Positions 12,483-26,832 of a stretch of 64,000 nt of DNA are shown here, piece after piece (positions within the stretch are counted from its first letter, which is position 1; the number at the start of each line of letters is the position of its first letter). Origin of the DNA: Phoronis australis (lineage: Eukaryota; Animalia; Phoronida). The translations under genes were made by a program, and so were the position numbers. Location: positions 1-64,000 of the forward strand of contig NMRA01000166.1 in NCBI GenBank assembly GCA_002633005.1. The letters run 5' to 3'. The notes beneath the pieces were generated by a model that saw only the letters and a list, made by a program, of their open reading frames with translations, was not told the origin of the DNA and did not search any database.

Positions 12483-15400
12483 TTCTATAAAGTATTCAGC
12501 ATTTGTAGTTCACTAGACAATGAAGCATTTTTTCTCTTATACATGGCTATGAAGAAAATTGTATTTTTATTTTTGATTCAGGACTTTTGGTTTCTTCGTC
12601 ATCAATGAGGAACTGGCAAGAGTATACTGTAGTGACGTGCTGACCTTTGACAAAGGTGCTGACTACAACAGAAGGCGCCTACCCCAACATATTTTGGCAA
12701 TAAAAGGGTTATGTCACAAATCATACTGCTTTATCCACTTTGCTTGGAGTCAAACAAATTACCGGTATATTATTTTCGCAGGCACCGTATTTTATGTGTC
12801 TAATGCATATATCCGTTTTGCCTACTACTTAGTACTCAGATAAATGTGATTTCTTTATGGTACTAATAAATAAAATTGATGACCAATACCATTTCTTAGT
12901 TTCATACTGAAAATCGGATGAGGATTTAAATGACTAATGAAACAGAATTAGTAAACTTGCTACAAACCAACATTCCATCAACAATAAAGTAACTTTTGAT
13001 TTACAACATTTTCAGCATCAAACCTCCTATTAGTAAGTTTCTTTACCTAGGTGAGGATCGGTTTCGTGGCTTGTAACGAATTCACCTACAAAAAATGACA
13101 TGCTGTTTCAAGCCAACTTGATAAGCTGAGACTTGAGCTATAACAAACTGTCAGTTCTTACTTATTCCAGGAATCACCTGTATTTTGAGTAAGGATCGGG
13201 CCGAGAAAATAAATAGTTAAAATCAAGAGTTGGTTTATTTGAAGGAAGGCAGGTTTATGGCAGCTTTAACAACAATGACGTAATCACATTAACAAGGAGA
13301 ATGGATGTTCAGTGCCAAAGTTTAACTTGCCCAACATCAAAGGCATTTCACACAACAGAAATGTAAATGCAAACAAGAGTTGCTACATGACATGTAATTA
13401 ATCGAAATATGCTTGAAGTTATGGACTCATTTATTTTAATTACGTAATCAATTTACACTACCACGTGGATCAACAAAAGCAGATGATGCGAGTTGATAGA
13501 CACAACAAGGGTGAAAAATAGCTCTGAATCCCTGCAAGATTACAATAGTGACATTTGTAAGAAGACATTCTGTTCAAAATTCATTTTGAGGCTTCTACAC
13601 TGAAAACTCAGACCTGTATATATGAATATGAAACAGTGACATTGAATCGACAGATGGAATCATACAAAGACGAATTTTCAAAATAAGGTTTTTGGAAATC
13701 GTGATTACTCCCAACACTTAAATTATGCACAGAATTTCAACCAGCAGCTGGAGTTAGCTTGCAGTTATACTACAAGCGTAAGCCAGTTGGAAAGTTTAAA
13801 ATGCAAATTAGTTACATTACAACTGTTCCTTGCTCAACTGGACATCCTCCAATTAAAGCACTGATACATTAGAATAAAAACATCACACTGATATGTTTGA
13901 AGTAGGGTTTACACAAACCTAATATAAATAACTCAAACGAAACACTGTTTCATGCATTTCAACGTGCATTTTCATGTTTTAATATGGCACAGCAGTGTCA
14001 CCTGTTGCCAAAATATAAACCACGCATCATCTGCGAAGTGCACTCATCGTTCAAAATATCTGACTAATATTTGTTGTCTGGTACGCTGCTTGGCTGTGAT
14101 CATAAATTTAGACGTAGAAGTCTAGGTCCAAGTAGTTTTTTAGTAAAAGTCAGCTACAGGTGGTTATTTTGAAAACTCAGATGTAAACGCTTTGATCTAT
14201 GTATTTTTGTAAAAAAATCAATGTGTTGGGGGTTGCTGGTGCACGGTGGTGGCGGTAATGAGTCGTCGGATTCACGGACACCCTGAAATATTGGGAACTC
14301 CATTTTGGACACCATTATTTCGAAATCCTGGATGAGTCCCTGAATAGAAATTGAACGTGGAAACTTTAAATAATGTAAAGGAAACAGTGATATCTTTGGT
14401 TAGGATTGTGAGTTGAATAAAATGTGAAATGTCACTGCATGAGATATTAAAGAAATGAAATGGAAAAATACCTTAAGGTTTGTTCTGGTGATCTTTTTCT
14501 ATGACCAGTATGGGACTCTTCTAAAGACGTTTGTACAGGAGGTTCATTTAAACCACTCATTATGAAAGTACAGATGACGAAGGGGGTTTAAATACTACAA
14601 TTTGACTCGTTTTACCATGAAGTATTCACAAGACTTAAGAATGTACTTTCAGTCAATTTGTCACACCTTTACGCTCAAAACAACTTTGATTTTATTACCA
14701 GAAGGCAAAATTTGTAGCTGAGACAGCATCATTCTAAACTGACAGCGACTTAAGAGACTTATAACTGATGAAAATTCAGGCTTATATTAGAGCCCGTAGC
14801 CTAACCTCTGAATTTGATACACAACTTGAAAATTGAGCAAGTCCATGACATGAACAAACATAAAGATTTGCACTCCAATCACACGACTTGATTGCTAATT
14901 TTCTGAGGTTGTGGGTTCAAGTAATGTGCTTGGACCATGCATGCTGCAAGTAACCATTTTCTCCTAACCCGCTGCATAATCTAAGATGGAAATACAGAGA
15001 AAAGTGGCTATCAATAATGAATAAGTTTGGCACACCTATTATTTCTTTTAAAACTTAATGGAATAAGAGAGATCAACTTACGGTGACATGGGCCCATGTA
15101 GGTGCTCAATATTCTAATAACTGGAAAAAGTAAAGCAAAACTAATTAGACGTTCTCAAGTATAGCCATCTTGACCTAGGCTTACCATCCACTGTACTCAG
15201 TACGACCAACACGGACATGAGCTTTTTAATAAAGCTATTGGCATTGGCATGGCCAGTTGATGTCTCTAACACATCCTACAAACGTCTCGCCCTACCCCAG
15301 GACAATTTTTATACCAAACCCTTCACTGTTTTGCTAGCTGAAACCGATATAAAATCCTTTTCGTACTGACTTAACTCCGTTCTGAGCAGAGGGTCGACGT

Positions 15401-15679
15401 GAACTGCGAAGTTAATTGAACTGTTTATACCGGCTTCGATAGATACGGATATGGAAGTAAACTGTAGCTGACGATGTTGTCATCAAAGTAATTCGACTGG
15501 TGATTATTCAAGCAAAATCTGAGTACCTATTATAGACGACGCTCCGCTGTTAAATCTACCTGTCTACTGCGAAGTTAACTGGCGATCCAGGACCGACGTT
15601 AACCTTCATACTGACTGCATTTCCCCAAGAGGTTTTTTCGTCTATAACTCGGACCATAAGCCTTTAATGCCATGGAATT

Positions 15680-17268
15680 TGTCATTTTTGCAACTCCGCC
15701 GTTCTTGAACCGAATCGCATCACAGTCACATCATTAGAAAGCCAATTATCAGTTCTTGATCATACAATGATTATACCGGAAGAAAAAGATATATAATGTT
15801 ATCCATAAGTAATTATCATTTCGCATATCTAACAGGCTTAAAATATTTTAATACGAAAAATAACATAGCGTAATGGTAAGAAAATGAACCAGAGAGGTAA
15901 TATGAATTACTAGTTAAACCAGCAGAGAGATAATTTCAATTATTCAGAAGATTTCTACCCTATAGAAATAAAGATTTCATAATATGTATCCCTCACAGTT
16001 GCTGTAAACAATGAAATCAGGCATTCATCCAAAATGATACGTCCTTATGTATTAATTGGACCTGTGGTTTCGTTTTATACGATTACATTCTGTAGTAAAA
16101 ATGTAGTATCCAGTGACATTGACGCAGCATGTTATAAACTAATTACTCTTACTACCCACACTGTATCTGAAGTTTGCAAATAAAGATTTTCAGCTAGATA
16201 AAAAATGGGCAGCATCTTTGTCAATCGACAGACGTAACACCCAAAAGTGCAAGACGGCGTTTGCGGTTCAGTCGAATGGGAAATTATAGGTCCCGCAAAC
16301 CCTGGAAACGTCCTGTTTTTCTTTTTAGTTGAATAGGAAAATAGGGCAACGTCCCGTGGAAAATTACAATAGCATATTGATAACGCCAATTTCGCCTGAT
16401 GTGGCGGGATGGCGGGAAAAATCAAACGGTATAGGTAAATATCGCAGATAACAGTACTGCTCAGAAATCGGATTAACAAAAATGCATCTGGACAACAGGT
16501 TAACATTGCACAAATGACTTATTATAGAAACAATTGAAAGTTATCAATAATTTATCCATGCATTCACAAACACACACACACAAACATTACGCAATTACGA
16601 ATAGTTTTTCGGAAGATACCTAAACATACCTGCTGCTAGGGCCTAAACTTTTCATTTACAGTTGCAGAACAAACACTCAGAAACCGAATAATACCTTATC
16701 CCGCAAAATACTGTAGCATGATTTCAACACCCAAAATGTTGAAAAATTCCTGGCATGTAGTTTGATAGGCTGTCGAAAGAGGTTCTAAGACTGGGGTTAA
16801 AAGATATTAGAGACTAGACTATTCCCGGCATGATCCTGCCACGGCCACAGGTTGGTGTGTATAAAGAATGACCGATGTAATTGTGGAACTTGTTAACTTT
16901 GTTGAGAAATCTCTGGTTGGCTGGAACCGTGCCTCAAGAGTCTCATTTAATGAACCAATGAAATTAGGCTTGACTCAGGGGTGGATCCAAGATTTTGAGT
17001 TATGGGGGCGGGGCACAGTATTAGCTCCAATTTTGCCCGTCAGACATGCGCACCCCCGAACTGACAAATAGAAACTTGAAGAATTTTAGGGGGGCATTAG
17101 CCCCTTTCTAAACCCGCTACTGTGACTTGATAACTGCAACTCTCGGTCAAAACTTATTCGAGCTGACAGCCGGGAAGTCACAGTGTAAACTCTTGCGGCT
17201 AAGCTCGGGTTCTCAAGCTCAACGTATGAAGACTACATGTCACGACCAGGAGTTGTCTAGAGTTCTAT
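15680..17268. mobile_element. Second, diverged copy of the 6055-9087 element
   Basis: Colinear similarity, e.g. aagaaaatgaaccagagagg, tccctcacagttgctgt, catgtagtttgatagg.tgtcgaaagaggtt and the end ctagagttcta. Confidence 0.7.
16976..17122. mobile_element. MITE with 5-bp TSD
   Basis: CAGGGGTGGATCC...AAACCCGCTACTG flanked by TGACT/TGACT. The empty site is at ~8925 in the paralogous copy. Confidence 0.8.
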
Positions 17269-17524
17269 GGTAGGACGTTGATTGAGAGTTCATGGGTACT
17301 GTCCAGAACTGCATAGATTATCGGTTATAATTACCAGATTGTCAGCTTTTCAAAGCGAATGTGGCAATTTAGGCGTAAGACCAAATTTCTTTCTTACGTC
17401 TGGTAAAGCCACTTTCATGTAACAGACACCTGGAAGGCGTTTTCTGGACGTGAAGCGATAGTGTTGCTTGACAACGCTAAATTTGATCCCTTTGCAAATC
17501 ATTGGATTCAACCTGAAAATTTAA

Positions 17525-17531
17525 TTATATT

Positions 17532-17562
<31 letters not shown>

Positions 17563-17692
17563 TAATAATAATTGTTATTATTATAATAATAATGATAATA
17601 ATAATAATAATAATAATAATTGTTATAATAATAATAATAATAATAATTGTTATTATAATAATAATAATAATTATTATTATTATTATATATTA
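17525..17692. repeat. (AAT)n/(ATT)n microsatellite
   Basis: Imperfect AAT trinucleotide run of ~165 bp with embedded inverted ATT tracts. Confidence 0.95.
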
Positions 17693-18219
17693 TTTCTGCG
17701 CTCGTCGTAGTATGTCGTTGTTTCAGTTCCAAACAAGTGGACCCTTTCTTCTCTTTGAATACTGAGTTTTGGCACGCACCTTATGCACTGTTGCTGGCAA
17801 TCTGTGTATTTTACAGTCAAAAAAGCTTGAGAGCACGAAGTCAATGTGATTTTAGAATGTCTTTCGGAGTGAATCTCCTGTGCTAGCCGTCAGCAAAAAC
17901 AGAATCGTTACATTTTCGTGTGGTTACGTGCAATTTTCAAATGTTTTAGAAATATTTTCGATAAACTTACAAGTTCTTTTTATTATTGAAATAAAAAAAA
18001 CTCTTTCCAAATACCGTAAATGCCAATATCAAGAGCCCAGAATCTTGTAATGAGCCTGTTACCACCAACGTACTGCCAAATGGAATCTGGGAGAATTTTA
18101 GGGGGGCATGGCCCCCTTGCCCCCCCCCCCCTTAAATCCGCTACTGGTTGGCGCTAGTAACAGCGTGAATAAGTTCTTTGTCGAAACACGGTCAAACTGA
18201 AAAAATGTTAAAAATATGA

Positions 18220-18525
<306 letters not shown>

Positions 18526-19079
18526 TAAAATGCATGTATTAGTGACACGTTGAACTTTATTTTAGCAAATGATTGTGTTCCCTATATGCCACTGAAGCTG
18601 AGTTGAAATGCTTTGTTTCTAAATCTAAATATGTGAGATAACTTAAAATCTGCCGTCAACATACATGTACATGCAATTGTTGATTTTATTGTTGAAAACC
18701 AGTCTCAGTAAGAAAGATGAGATTTCCGTTATAATGAATCGTAATTCTATCGGAAATGTTGGTGCTCGCGTTATCGTGGTACTGAATGTTGTAACTTTAA
18801 ATACAGTTTAAACGCCGCCATACTGTTAATTCTTGCCGACGTTGATAGCATGCAATCTCATGACTACTGAGGATTCAGGAAGAAAAACTATATCAATGGC
18901 CTTTGAATAAGAATCTCCCACCTAATTCAAACACGGGTCGTTGACTGCGTATCTGGAATATAAATCGCGTGTTCTTAAAACTTGAACTATTGACCCCAGA
19001 AGACACGTCTCGTGCCAGAGGACGCGATTCACGAGGTTTTGGAAGCAAAGCTTTTGTTCGATTGGACTCGCCGCTTATA

Positions 19080-21890
19080 CACCCCGGCCAACCCGCGATC
19101 GAGAACCGACGCCCTGAAGGCGATCGAGAACGCGACCTTGCACCAAAAATGGCAGACGACAGTCACGTACCCGGTGAGTTTAAGTGTCATTTTCTGGTTA
19201 AATGGAGGCCACTTTGGTACGAATGTCCACACAGAAAAGCGTCAGGGTGTAACCTTTGTTGTGGATCTGAAATAATACTTGGCTTTTGCTTGTTTTTTAA
19301 AATATAGAGCTCAGAAAGCAATGGCTTTCGGTAAAATGCCTTGCGCCTCGTAGAATCGACAATTTCTACCTGTTATTGGCAATTCCAGAGTTCTTAAGAA
19401 GAGACGTGTGACGTTTATAGTTTAATCGTCCCTGGTGACACCTTTGTTAGTTATGATTTGTGAAACAATTTGAGATATTTACCAATACAAGCAGGTCCTT
19501 GTGTGAGACGGCGATAGGGAACGATGTCGTTAATTCCCTATGGCGATTGTGAACGTAAGAAAGGCGATCGTGAACGTACATTTTTTCTCTGCATTGGCCT
19601 GAATAGTCGTTCAAGTTACGGTATTATGTCAATAATTTTAGAATACGGAGCCTGAATTAGTTGATGGTTTAATTATTAATTACACTTCATCATTATTTCT
19701 AAGTGAGATTTAGTCTAACAAACATAACTGAATGCGTTTGATTTTTTTCAGTTGAACTCATAGTGTAGCCACACGATGAGTCCTTCAGGGTGTAAACGTC
19801 CACGCCTTCAAAAAAGAGTAGTACAACTGCTGCATGTCACAACAGAGTGTGTGTGTGTTGTGGTGCCTCGTTCAGGAACTTAGAAATCGACTTAGTGTGA
19901 CCGCATGGCAATAAAATACAGTGACACTACAACAAAGCAAGACCTTTACCAGCCCTGTGATTGACGCGTTGCATGCGTTAAGAGTTTTTTACCAATATAG
20001 TAAAACACAGCACGAAGCATCGTGCTCAGGAACCAAGTCGATTCAGTGTCCTATCTGTGATCAACGTTTCACGGAAAGAGTAAGCCTGATGCGACACTGC
20101 GTCACAGCACCAGGACACTCCTTTTTGTGGTGAATGTGGCATGTCATGCAAACAGTATGTCTCCTTCTACAGGCATAGGAAGCAGAAACGTAATGAATGA
20201 AATCATTAAGTCCAGTGCTGAAGGTTATTAAGTCACTATAGTTTATTCAGATTTACAAAGTCTGTGGTTGGTAGTTGTCTGATGTGATAGTATTTTGACG
20301 TTTTGTTTTGAACCTTTTTTCCTCAAGTTTCTTTCTATATTCGTGTTATTTCAAAAGGATTTTTAACAGAACCAGTACATGTACATTTTTGTAGTGTTTA
20401 GGTAGATTTAAATGGCCATATTAAGTGTCAGTGGGCAATACTTACATACAATTGTTCTGACCAATGAGTATTTTGAATGAAAATATATGTCTATGATTAT
20501 TGTAGAAAATGCTTTCATGTTCTAGTTGATTTCCTGTGAGAGACTGTTATACTATCAAACGTTGTCTATGATTCAGTGATGATTTAGTCATTCCAAAAGT
20601 AATTCGTTGGAAATGTTCAACGGATTTGTTTTGTTGATTTCCCTATAAATAAATTAATATATTTTTGTAAGACCAATTTTGAGGTATGTGTTTTAAAAGA
20701 TTAATATAGAAATGCTATAATATTGTATCGATGTTATCAGTAAAACATCAAGTAAAATCCCACCCGTTTTTTCAGCACACCAGTTTACACAACTTCTGGT
20801 CAATTTTTTTATCCCAGACGTTTATGAGTGAGAATCTTTGAATCATCTCGTGAAGTGTTGCCGCACTCCCCTCTCTCCCCATGGGCAAGCTCATCGTCAT
20901 TCTTTGACTTCACTGGCTATTTGTTTTTTTTTTTTGCTTTTGCCGTCACAATTTTACAAGAAGATTCTACACTCGCTTTCATCTCGGTGCTGCAACAATT
21001 TGTTTACCCCTGGCTGACAGGCCGCATGGAAAAACTTCTGGGTGAGTCTTCAGTTTAGAAACCCTTGTTCTCAGTGGTTTGGTCTAAAAGTAGATGCCTG
21101 GCCTGTACTTTTCAAAACCCTGATCAGGTGTACCTTCACGTCGTGGGTAACATGTTCGTTGAAGCTCGCCAGTGAACTTGTTTCCTGTAATGAGAATAAA
21201 TTCGTTTGTGAAACTAAACTTGAATTATGCTTGATGTACATGTAGTGCTCATGGCAATTTAATGGAAATATGCTATGTTGTTGTTCAGTTTCGATACGAA
21301 AGTAACGCAGTAACGACATAAAATGTGATTAAATCATTGCACCACACTTATTTTGGAACCTTTTTCACGTTTTATAAGTAAAAAGTTCATTACTGTTCGA
21401 CACATCACAATGCGTTCCCGATCGCATAAACAAACACAAATTTGCGTTCCCGATCGCTTATCGTTGCGTTCTCGATCGCATCTTTCAACAGAAAATCGTC
21501 GAAAAATCAGAGATTCTGATGAAACTGCAAAAAAACAGGCGTTGCGTTATATTTTCACTCCTCATTTCTTCATAACTCCATGGTCAATTTATTGATTTAG
21601 TGCCAAAAATAACGGCAATTTGCCAAAATGACATTCAAATCACCTTCGGCTTAAGCGATGCCTCTGTCAACGTAACTTTTCTCTTATAATTGGGAGAGAC
21701 ACTAGCCCAAACCTCTACGTGCCCTTCCTAAATGTGTTACGCCTTGAAGTCATGTCTCTGTTTTCACATTGGAAGTAAAAATGAAACGAAAATTCATCAA
21801 ATTTACTCACCTTGCCTGGCTTCTCTTCTCGCGCCAAATTTCGTTCTCGATCGCCTTCCGGTCGTTCTCGATCGCGGGTTGGCCGGGGTG
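19080..21890. mobile_element. 2.8-kb CAC...GTG TIR element with 5-bp TSD and C2H2 zinc-finger remnants
   Basis: 26-bp perfect TIR CACCCCGGCCAACCCGCGATCGAGAA, flanked by TTATA/TTATA. Subterminal CGATCG(A/G)GAAC repeats. Internal CPICDQRFTERVSLMRH at ~20047-20097. Confidence 0.85.
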
Positions 21891-22783
21891 TTATAGTTTT
21901 TTCGCTGTCATGCTGTCACCGCGCTGACAGCTTGGAATCTTATGAACACTGGGGATTCAGGAAGGAAGACTGAATCACAATTCACGAGGATGTGCTGCTC
22001 TGCGTTAACTTAGTTGGAGTCCTGCTTCATCTCAAGATCGCGTATGGAAATGAATAGTTATTAAGGCAATTGGGTGAATTTTTTGTTCATTGTAAAGAAC
22101 TTTTCTAATAATTGGCTTTACGATCACCCATTTTCTCCTTTACCGGAACTTGTGTCACAGAATAGGAGGACTATGCGAATGGTTAATTAATTTTTGGTTC
22201 GGTGAATAAAATCACCAATAGTTGAAATGAGTTTGGTTAAAATTTACATTGTTTTATTAACATGTAATTTGCTTTAGTGTAGTGCAAATTTTATCAACGT
22301 GAACGTGATTATTTGAGTGAACTTGCCACGTTCCTTGATGTATTCCAAGTTAACGTGTGTGATTAAGCAGGATTCCAAGTTCAGACACAGCAGTGCAACC
22401 AGTGCCATTCGCTATTGCGTATAATCGTTTCAAACTCTTCAAATGAACAGCAGAAACAAGACAACGTCAAATGGATGTTAGTCGAAATAAGCGATTCAGT
22501 TCTGGAGCTATTTGATTTATAAATTAAAATCCGACGTTCTCTTATGGGTCTGGCGTCCGTTTTACGTCCTTGGACGTCATATGTGTGCTTTTTTCAGCGG
22601 AAATTGGAAATGTTTGTATGGAATGTTTTGCTTATCTAGGTAAAAATGAATTTTATTGCTGAAAATGGCTAACAAGTGCTTTACCATTCGGTAGTCAGTA
22701 TTTGAAAGGTGTCATTGTAATGAAAAATGAAATTTATTAACATTCAGACGTTTTGGAGAGAATTTTGAAACTTTGCATTTCAG

Positions 22784-22839
22784 GTTTGGATTCGCTATCT
22801 GCAAGGGGACTGCTGAAGAAAGAGTACGAACGTATATAA
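22784..22839 (+). CDS. GH9 endoglucanase terminal coding exon
   Basis: tttcag acceptor. The phase-1 join gives ...ASVA-GLDSLSARGLLKKEYERI*, fitting the usual GH9 end 'A.AGL..L'. AATAAA at 23359-23364. Confidence 0.75.
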
Positions 22840-24699
22840 TTTTCAATTTTGCGACATGACCAAGGTTCACAAATCAATGAAAATCGTGCTGTTGAAAGTG
22901 TGCCACCATACATGTATGTGTTTGTACTGCTGTAATCTACTTAAACCTTTCAGCGAAACGGCTTTAATTACAATAACTTCATCAGGGTTCTGTTTATGGA
23001 CCACTCAGTTGGCTTCTGCATAAAAATCATCCTACATGTCTGTTTCACATCATCAGACCTAGGCTGAAAGAAAAATATGTGCACAACTCGAAACCATTAA
23101 AGACAGGTATCCATAGGCTGCTCCGAAGCACACTAAAATCCAAAGTTAAAAGATAAAAATCGACTTTTGGATACAAATCTTACGACTGAGAAACAGGCTC
23201 TTGTGCTACTGTGTTTACTTGGAAATGTACAATATACATGTACGTTTGAACCATTAAATGCCGTTTGTCCCATTAAATGTGTTGTAATTTGTTATTTATA
23301 CAGTGTCACCCATCTGTACTTTAAAACTTGCCATATTGTTACTGATTTAGTCGTCGTGAATAAAATATATACACACAAAAGACAGTGCAAATGAAGTTTG
23401 GTAAAATTGAACGTTCCCGGGTTCGTTCGTCTGCGATGATATGGCATGGGTGAACTGTGTTCTCTATCACATACTGCACTGACGTTTTCAGTAACAGCGT
23501 TCTTTTCTCCTAAATCCACTTCTTTTCTCACAACCTGTAGCTTGTTTCTCGTTCAACCTCAATTTAGCTCTTAGTCAGCCTACGCTTAATCTTAGTCATC
23601 AATGATACCGATTTTATTGACAGTTTGACATTCGCCATCCATGCTCAATATATATTGTGCTGTATTTAGTTTGTGCCAAACTGCGATGGATCTTGCTCTA
23701 GCCTTGAACGAAAAACGCCTTAAAAGAATAAACAAAAGCGACAAATGAGTTCAAGAATTGCGAGACAATGATGTGCTAACACTTGGTGAACAAACAACCG
23801 GAATTTACAATTCAAACTCTTGCGGCCAGTCCCGTGAAGGGGTCACAAGAATGCATGGGTCACCTCTGGGAGGTGGCATTCCAGTTCTACAGGCCTACAG
23901 TGTGTTAATAACCAGCCGGCCATAACTCGATAAGGGTTATAAATGAAGTTTGCTAGTAAAGTCATGCTAGAAGCAAACAACACTAATAGGCGATGAGTTT
24001 TGTAGGGCTTCTACAAAATACTTTTGTGAGTAATTTAGGGGGCAATTTTATTTTGGTGTTTTTAATTCATTTACCAGTGTTTTCAAAATCTAAAAACTTC
24101 CTGCATATAAAGTTCCACATTTTAAAGAAATTTGAGCTTGAAGTTACTATTAGTTACCAAAGAGCTTAATGAATTTATATTTGTAAAAACAGCACTTTTC
24201 CTCCTTTTTGTAAGACAAGTAGTCAGGTCTCATCCATATCATTGAATTCAACAATAATACACCCTCATTAAATGTTCACTTAAGTAGAGGAGTTGCAAAC
24301 ATTAAAATTTAAAAATACAATGTGACAACTAGCGGCAGAAAAATGAACTAAGTCTGGATGTAACAAGGAGATTATTCCCGCATTGTCTGACAAAGTAACA
24401 CAGTACACTTAAGGTAATCAACATTTGACAGAATAGGCAAGGGTTAGTCTTCTATAGCAGGACACGTTAATAAGCCAGTGAGGCAAAGCAGCTGTTTTTC
24501 CTGCACAAACGCTTGTCACACCTCCAGGGCTGAGTTGCATAAAGCTTCAAAAGATATCCGCTGGATAAGTTTGATTGTTGCATGACGTCATGTGCATTGT
24601 TCAACAATAACAACGTGTCGCGTGCTAATGCGACGTCATTGTTGCTATACGGCGTATAACTTTTATGCAACTGGGCCTATTTATTTCATCAGTCCATCA

Positions 24700-25073
24700 G
24701 CTTCAGCCAGAATGCTTCTGTAAGCTTATTCAGGCTCTAGTTATCACAATTTAGTTCTGTTTCATAAACCTTGAATTATACAGGCATCTCACTCCTGGGA
24801 AGCTGCCACATTGAAGCTATTCAGCACAATAGTACTTCTGGCTCTCGAGTGGTTGGTCAATTTAATAGTAAAGCGCCACCAAGTGGCAGAAATATGCATA
24901 ACATGTCTTGCAACAAAAACACCTTTTTAAAATAAAATGTGAAAGTGTAAACTTGTGAATTTTTTGAAATTTGAATTCTACATGTAGGTGTATTAGCGGT
25001 CACTTAGTGAAAATTAGGTAACCCCCCAAACGTACTCACAACAATGAATGCTGTGAGCTACGGCCCACCGCCT
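24700..25073 (+). repeat. Dispersed ~370-bp repeat, copy 1
   Basis: Colinear with ~45000-45350 (taaaccttgaattata.aggcatc, aaagcgcca.caagtggcag, gcaacaaaaacaccttttt, ggcccaccg). Confidence 0.75.
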
Positions 25074-25164
25074 ATTTCCATAATCACCCAAAACTATCAC
25101 TGATCAATGTTTGGAGAATTGCCAAGCTCAAAATTGCGAATTTTCAAAGTTATTAACGTTTTAA

Positions 25165-26832
25165 AGGAGAATGCCACCCGACTTAATCAACCTTTTTTGC
25201 CGTCTTAATCGGTCTATATCCACATCGCCTCGCATACGGTCGACCTTACCTTGCCAAGAGGTGTCGCGTTAACCTGTGAGGAAGGTGAGAAACGACGCTA
25301 GCGACGTCAGTGGTTCATATGCGGAGTGAATGCCGCTATGTTCCGGTTCCCGTTTGTCTGAACTAAACAGCTGCGAGGAAAGCGGGCATATCATTTTTTT
25401 ACTTCCTCGAGAGTCCGAAATGCTTAGGAAGTGGCTCATGGTAGTGAAGAATGCAATGTATGCTGTAAATAGCAAGTATGAGGCCGTGAAACATCTCCGT
25501 GTCTGTGGCCTGCAGACGTAGACAGTGCCTGACGAATGCCGGCTTACCAAATAACTCCATACGTACCATTGTCTGAGCTTGTTCACGGCGCCTCTCTAGT
25601 ATTTCTCCATCACTGTATTCCTGTTCGAATTGATAACCTGTAAAACTCAACGATCCACCTGCGAAGTCGGGACTGATGAGCTCTAGCTCGTCCTAAGTCG
25701 GGATTGCGAGTTGCCATGTTGGCGTTTATTACTGAGCGTTCTGTTTCAAAATGAATTATTCTCACCCTAACCAATACTTATATAAAACTGAAACAAAGTC
25801 TGTCTCATTAGATGCAATTTGTAATGCCTTTAGAGTGTTCGTGAGTGCAAATGATTTGAGAAGCCAGCAATGAATAAATCACTGCGTTACCGGCTTTAGG
25901 TGCAATAAAACTAATTGACGGGACACCTAGGCCGCCGGTGTGAGCTCATGCTAATTTAGTGTTAGCTGGCAGAAACTGTTGTGAAGCAACTCGATTTCCA
26001 ACCCACGGCCAGGTGTTAGGGGAATCTTTATTTACATTTACATTACTCAAATAATGATTGTCAATGTACAACTTCTGCCCTGACGGTGCTGTGGCCAAAG
26101 CGGAACCTAAATTCGCGGCCCCCGACGAGTAAGTAGATTTGCAGTTTCGTGGCTAATTCACCAACATAATCAGGTGCACATTACTTTGGCTCACTAGTAT
26201 AGTATTTTCTTGACTGGAATTTTAGTTTCCACTGAACTTTGGCTGGTTTATGTTCGTGATGTCTGATCAGTCTCCGAGCCACTGGCGGGGATAACGAGGC
26301 CGGCCGGCCGCGACGGGCCTGATCGGGCTCCGAGCCACTGGCCAGGCTAACAAGCGTTTTGTGTTTAGAACTAAAAAAATCACAAGTCTAAAGAACACAG
26401 ATCTATGTTCTCCTGTCTGAATCTCACGGAAAATACTTCGAAATTATCTCCGAACAGACCCCAAACTCCTGCTACGGACCTTATTGGCCTGCCGAACTTT
26501 GTAGGCTACGGTGTGTCCAAATACCAATAAATCCGTAACAGCGAAATAAAACAACACGTTTTTATAAGAACTCGGTGTATTTTTAAGGGTTTTACATCGA
26601 AGTTTGATGATTTATTGATGTTAAACGATGACTTCAAGCGATGAGCTGACACCAGTAACCCGTGTTGTTAACTGCTGAACAGACTGCGTGCGAAACTGTT
26701 GACGTCATTGGATAATTTCAACATCCGTCTGCCGTCAGGTGTCAGGTAACGCAACCGTACGTGTCGTTATGGAGTAGAACTACTCGATCTAAATTGATAC
26801 AAATTAGGTTGTTTTTTGGGTGGCATGTTCCT
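25165..26832. mobile_element. Kolobok-like non-autonomous element with THAP (+) and KolX-like (-) remnants
   Basis: TTAA on both flanks; TIR AGGAGAATGCCACCC / GGGTGGCATGTTCCT. The + strand at 25330-25521 reads FLLPRESEMLRKW...HLRVCG (THAP-like). The - strand at 25399-25650 reads GYQFEQEYSDGEILERR. Confidence 0.7.

Noticed and set aside
17508-17765. Poly-Ile / Tyr-Asn ORFs
   Set aside because: Translation of the (AAT)n microsatellite.
19752-19768. Alternative last GH9 exon (VELIV*)
   Set aside because: Lies inside the 19080-21890 transposon; 22784-22839 fits the GH9 C-terminus better.
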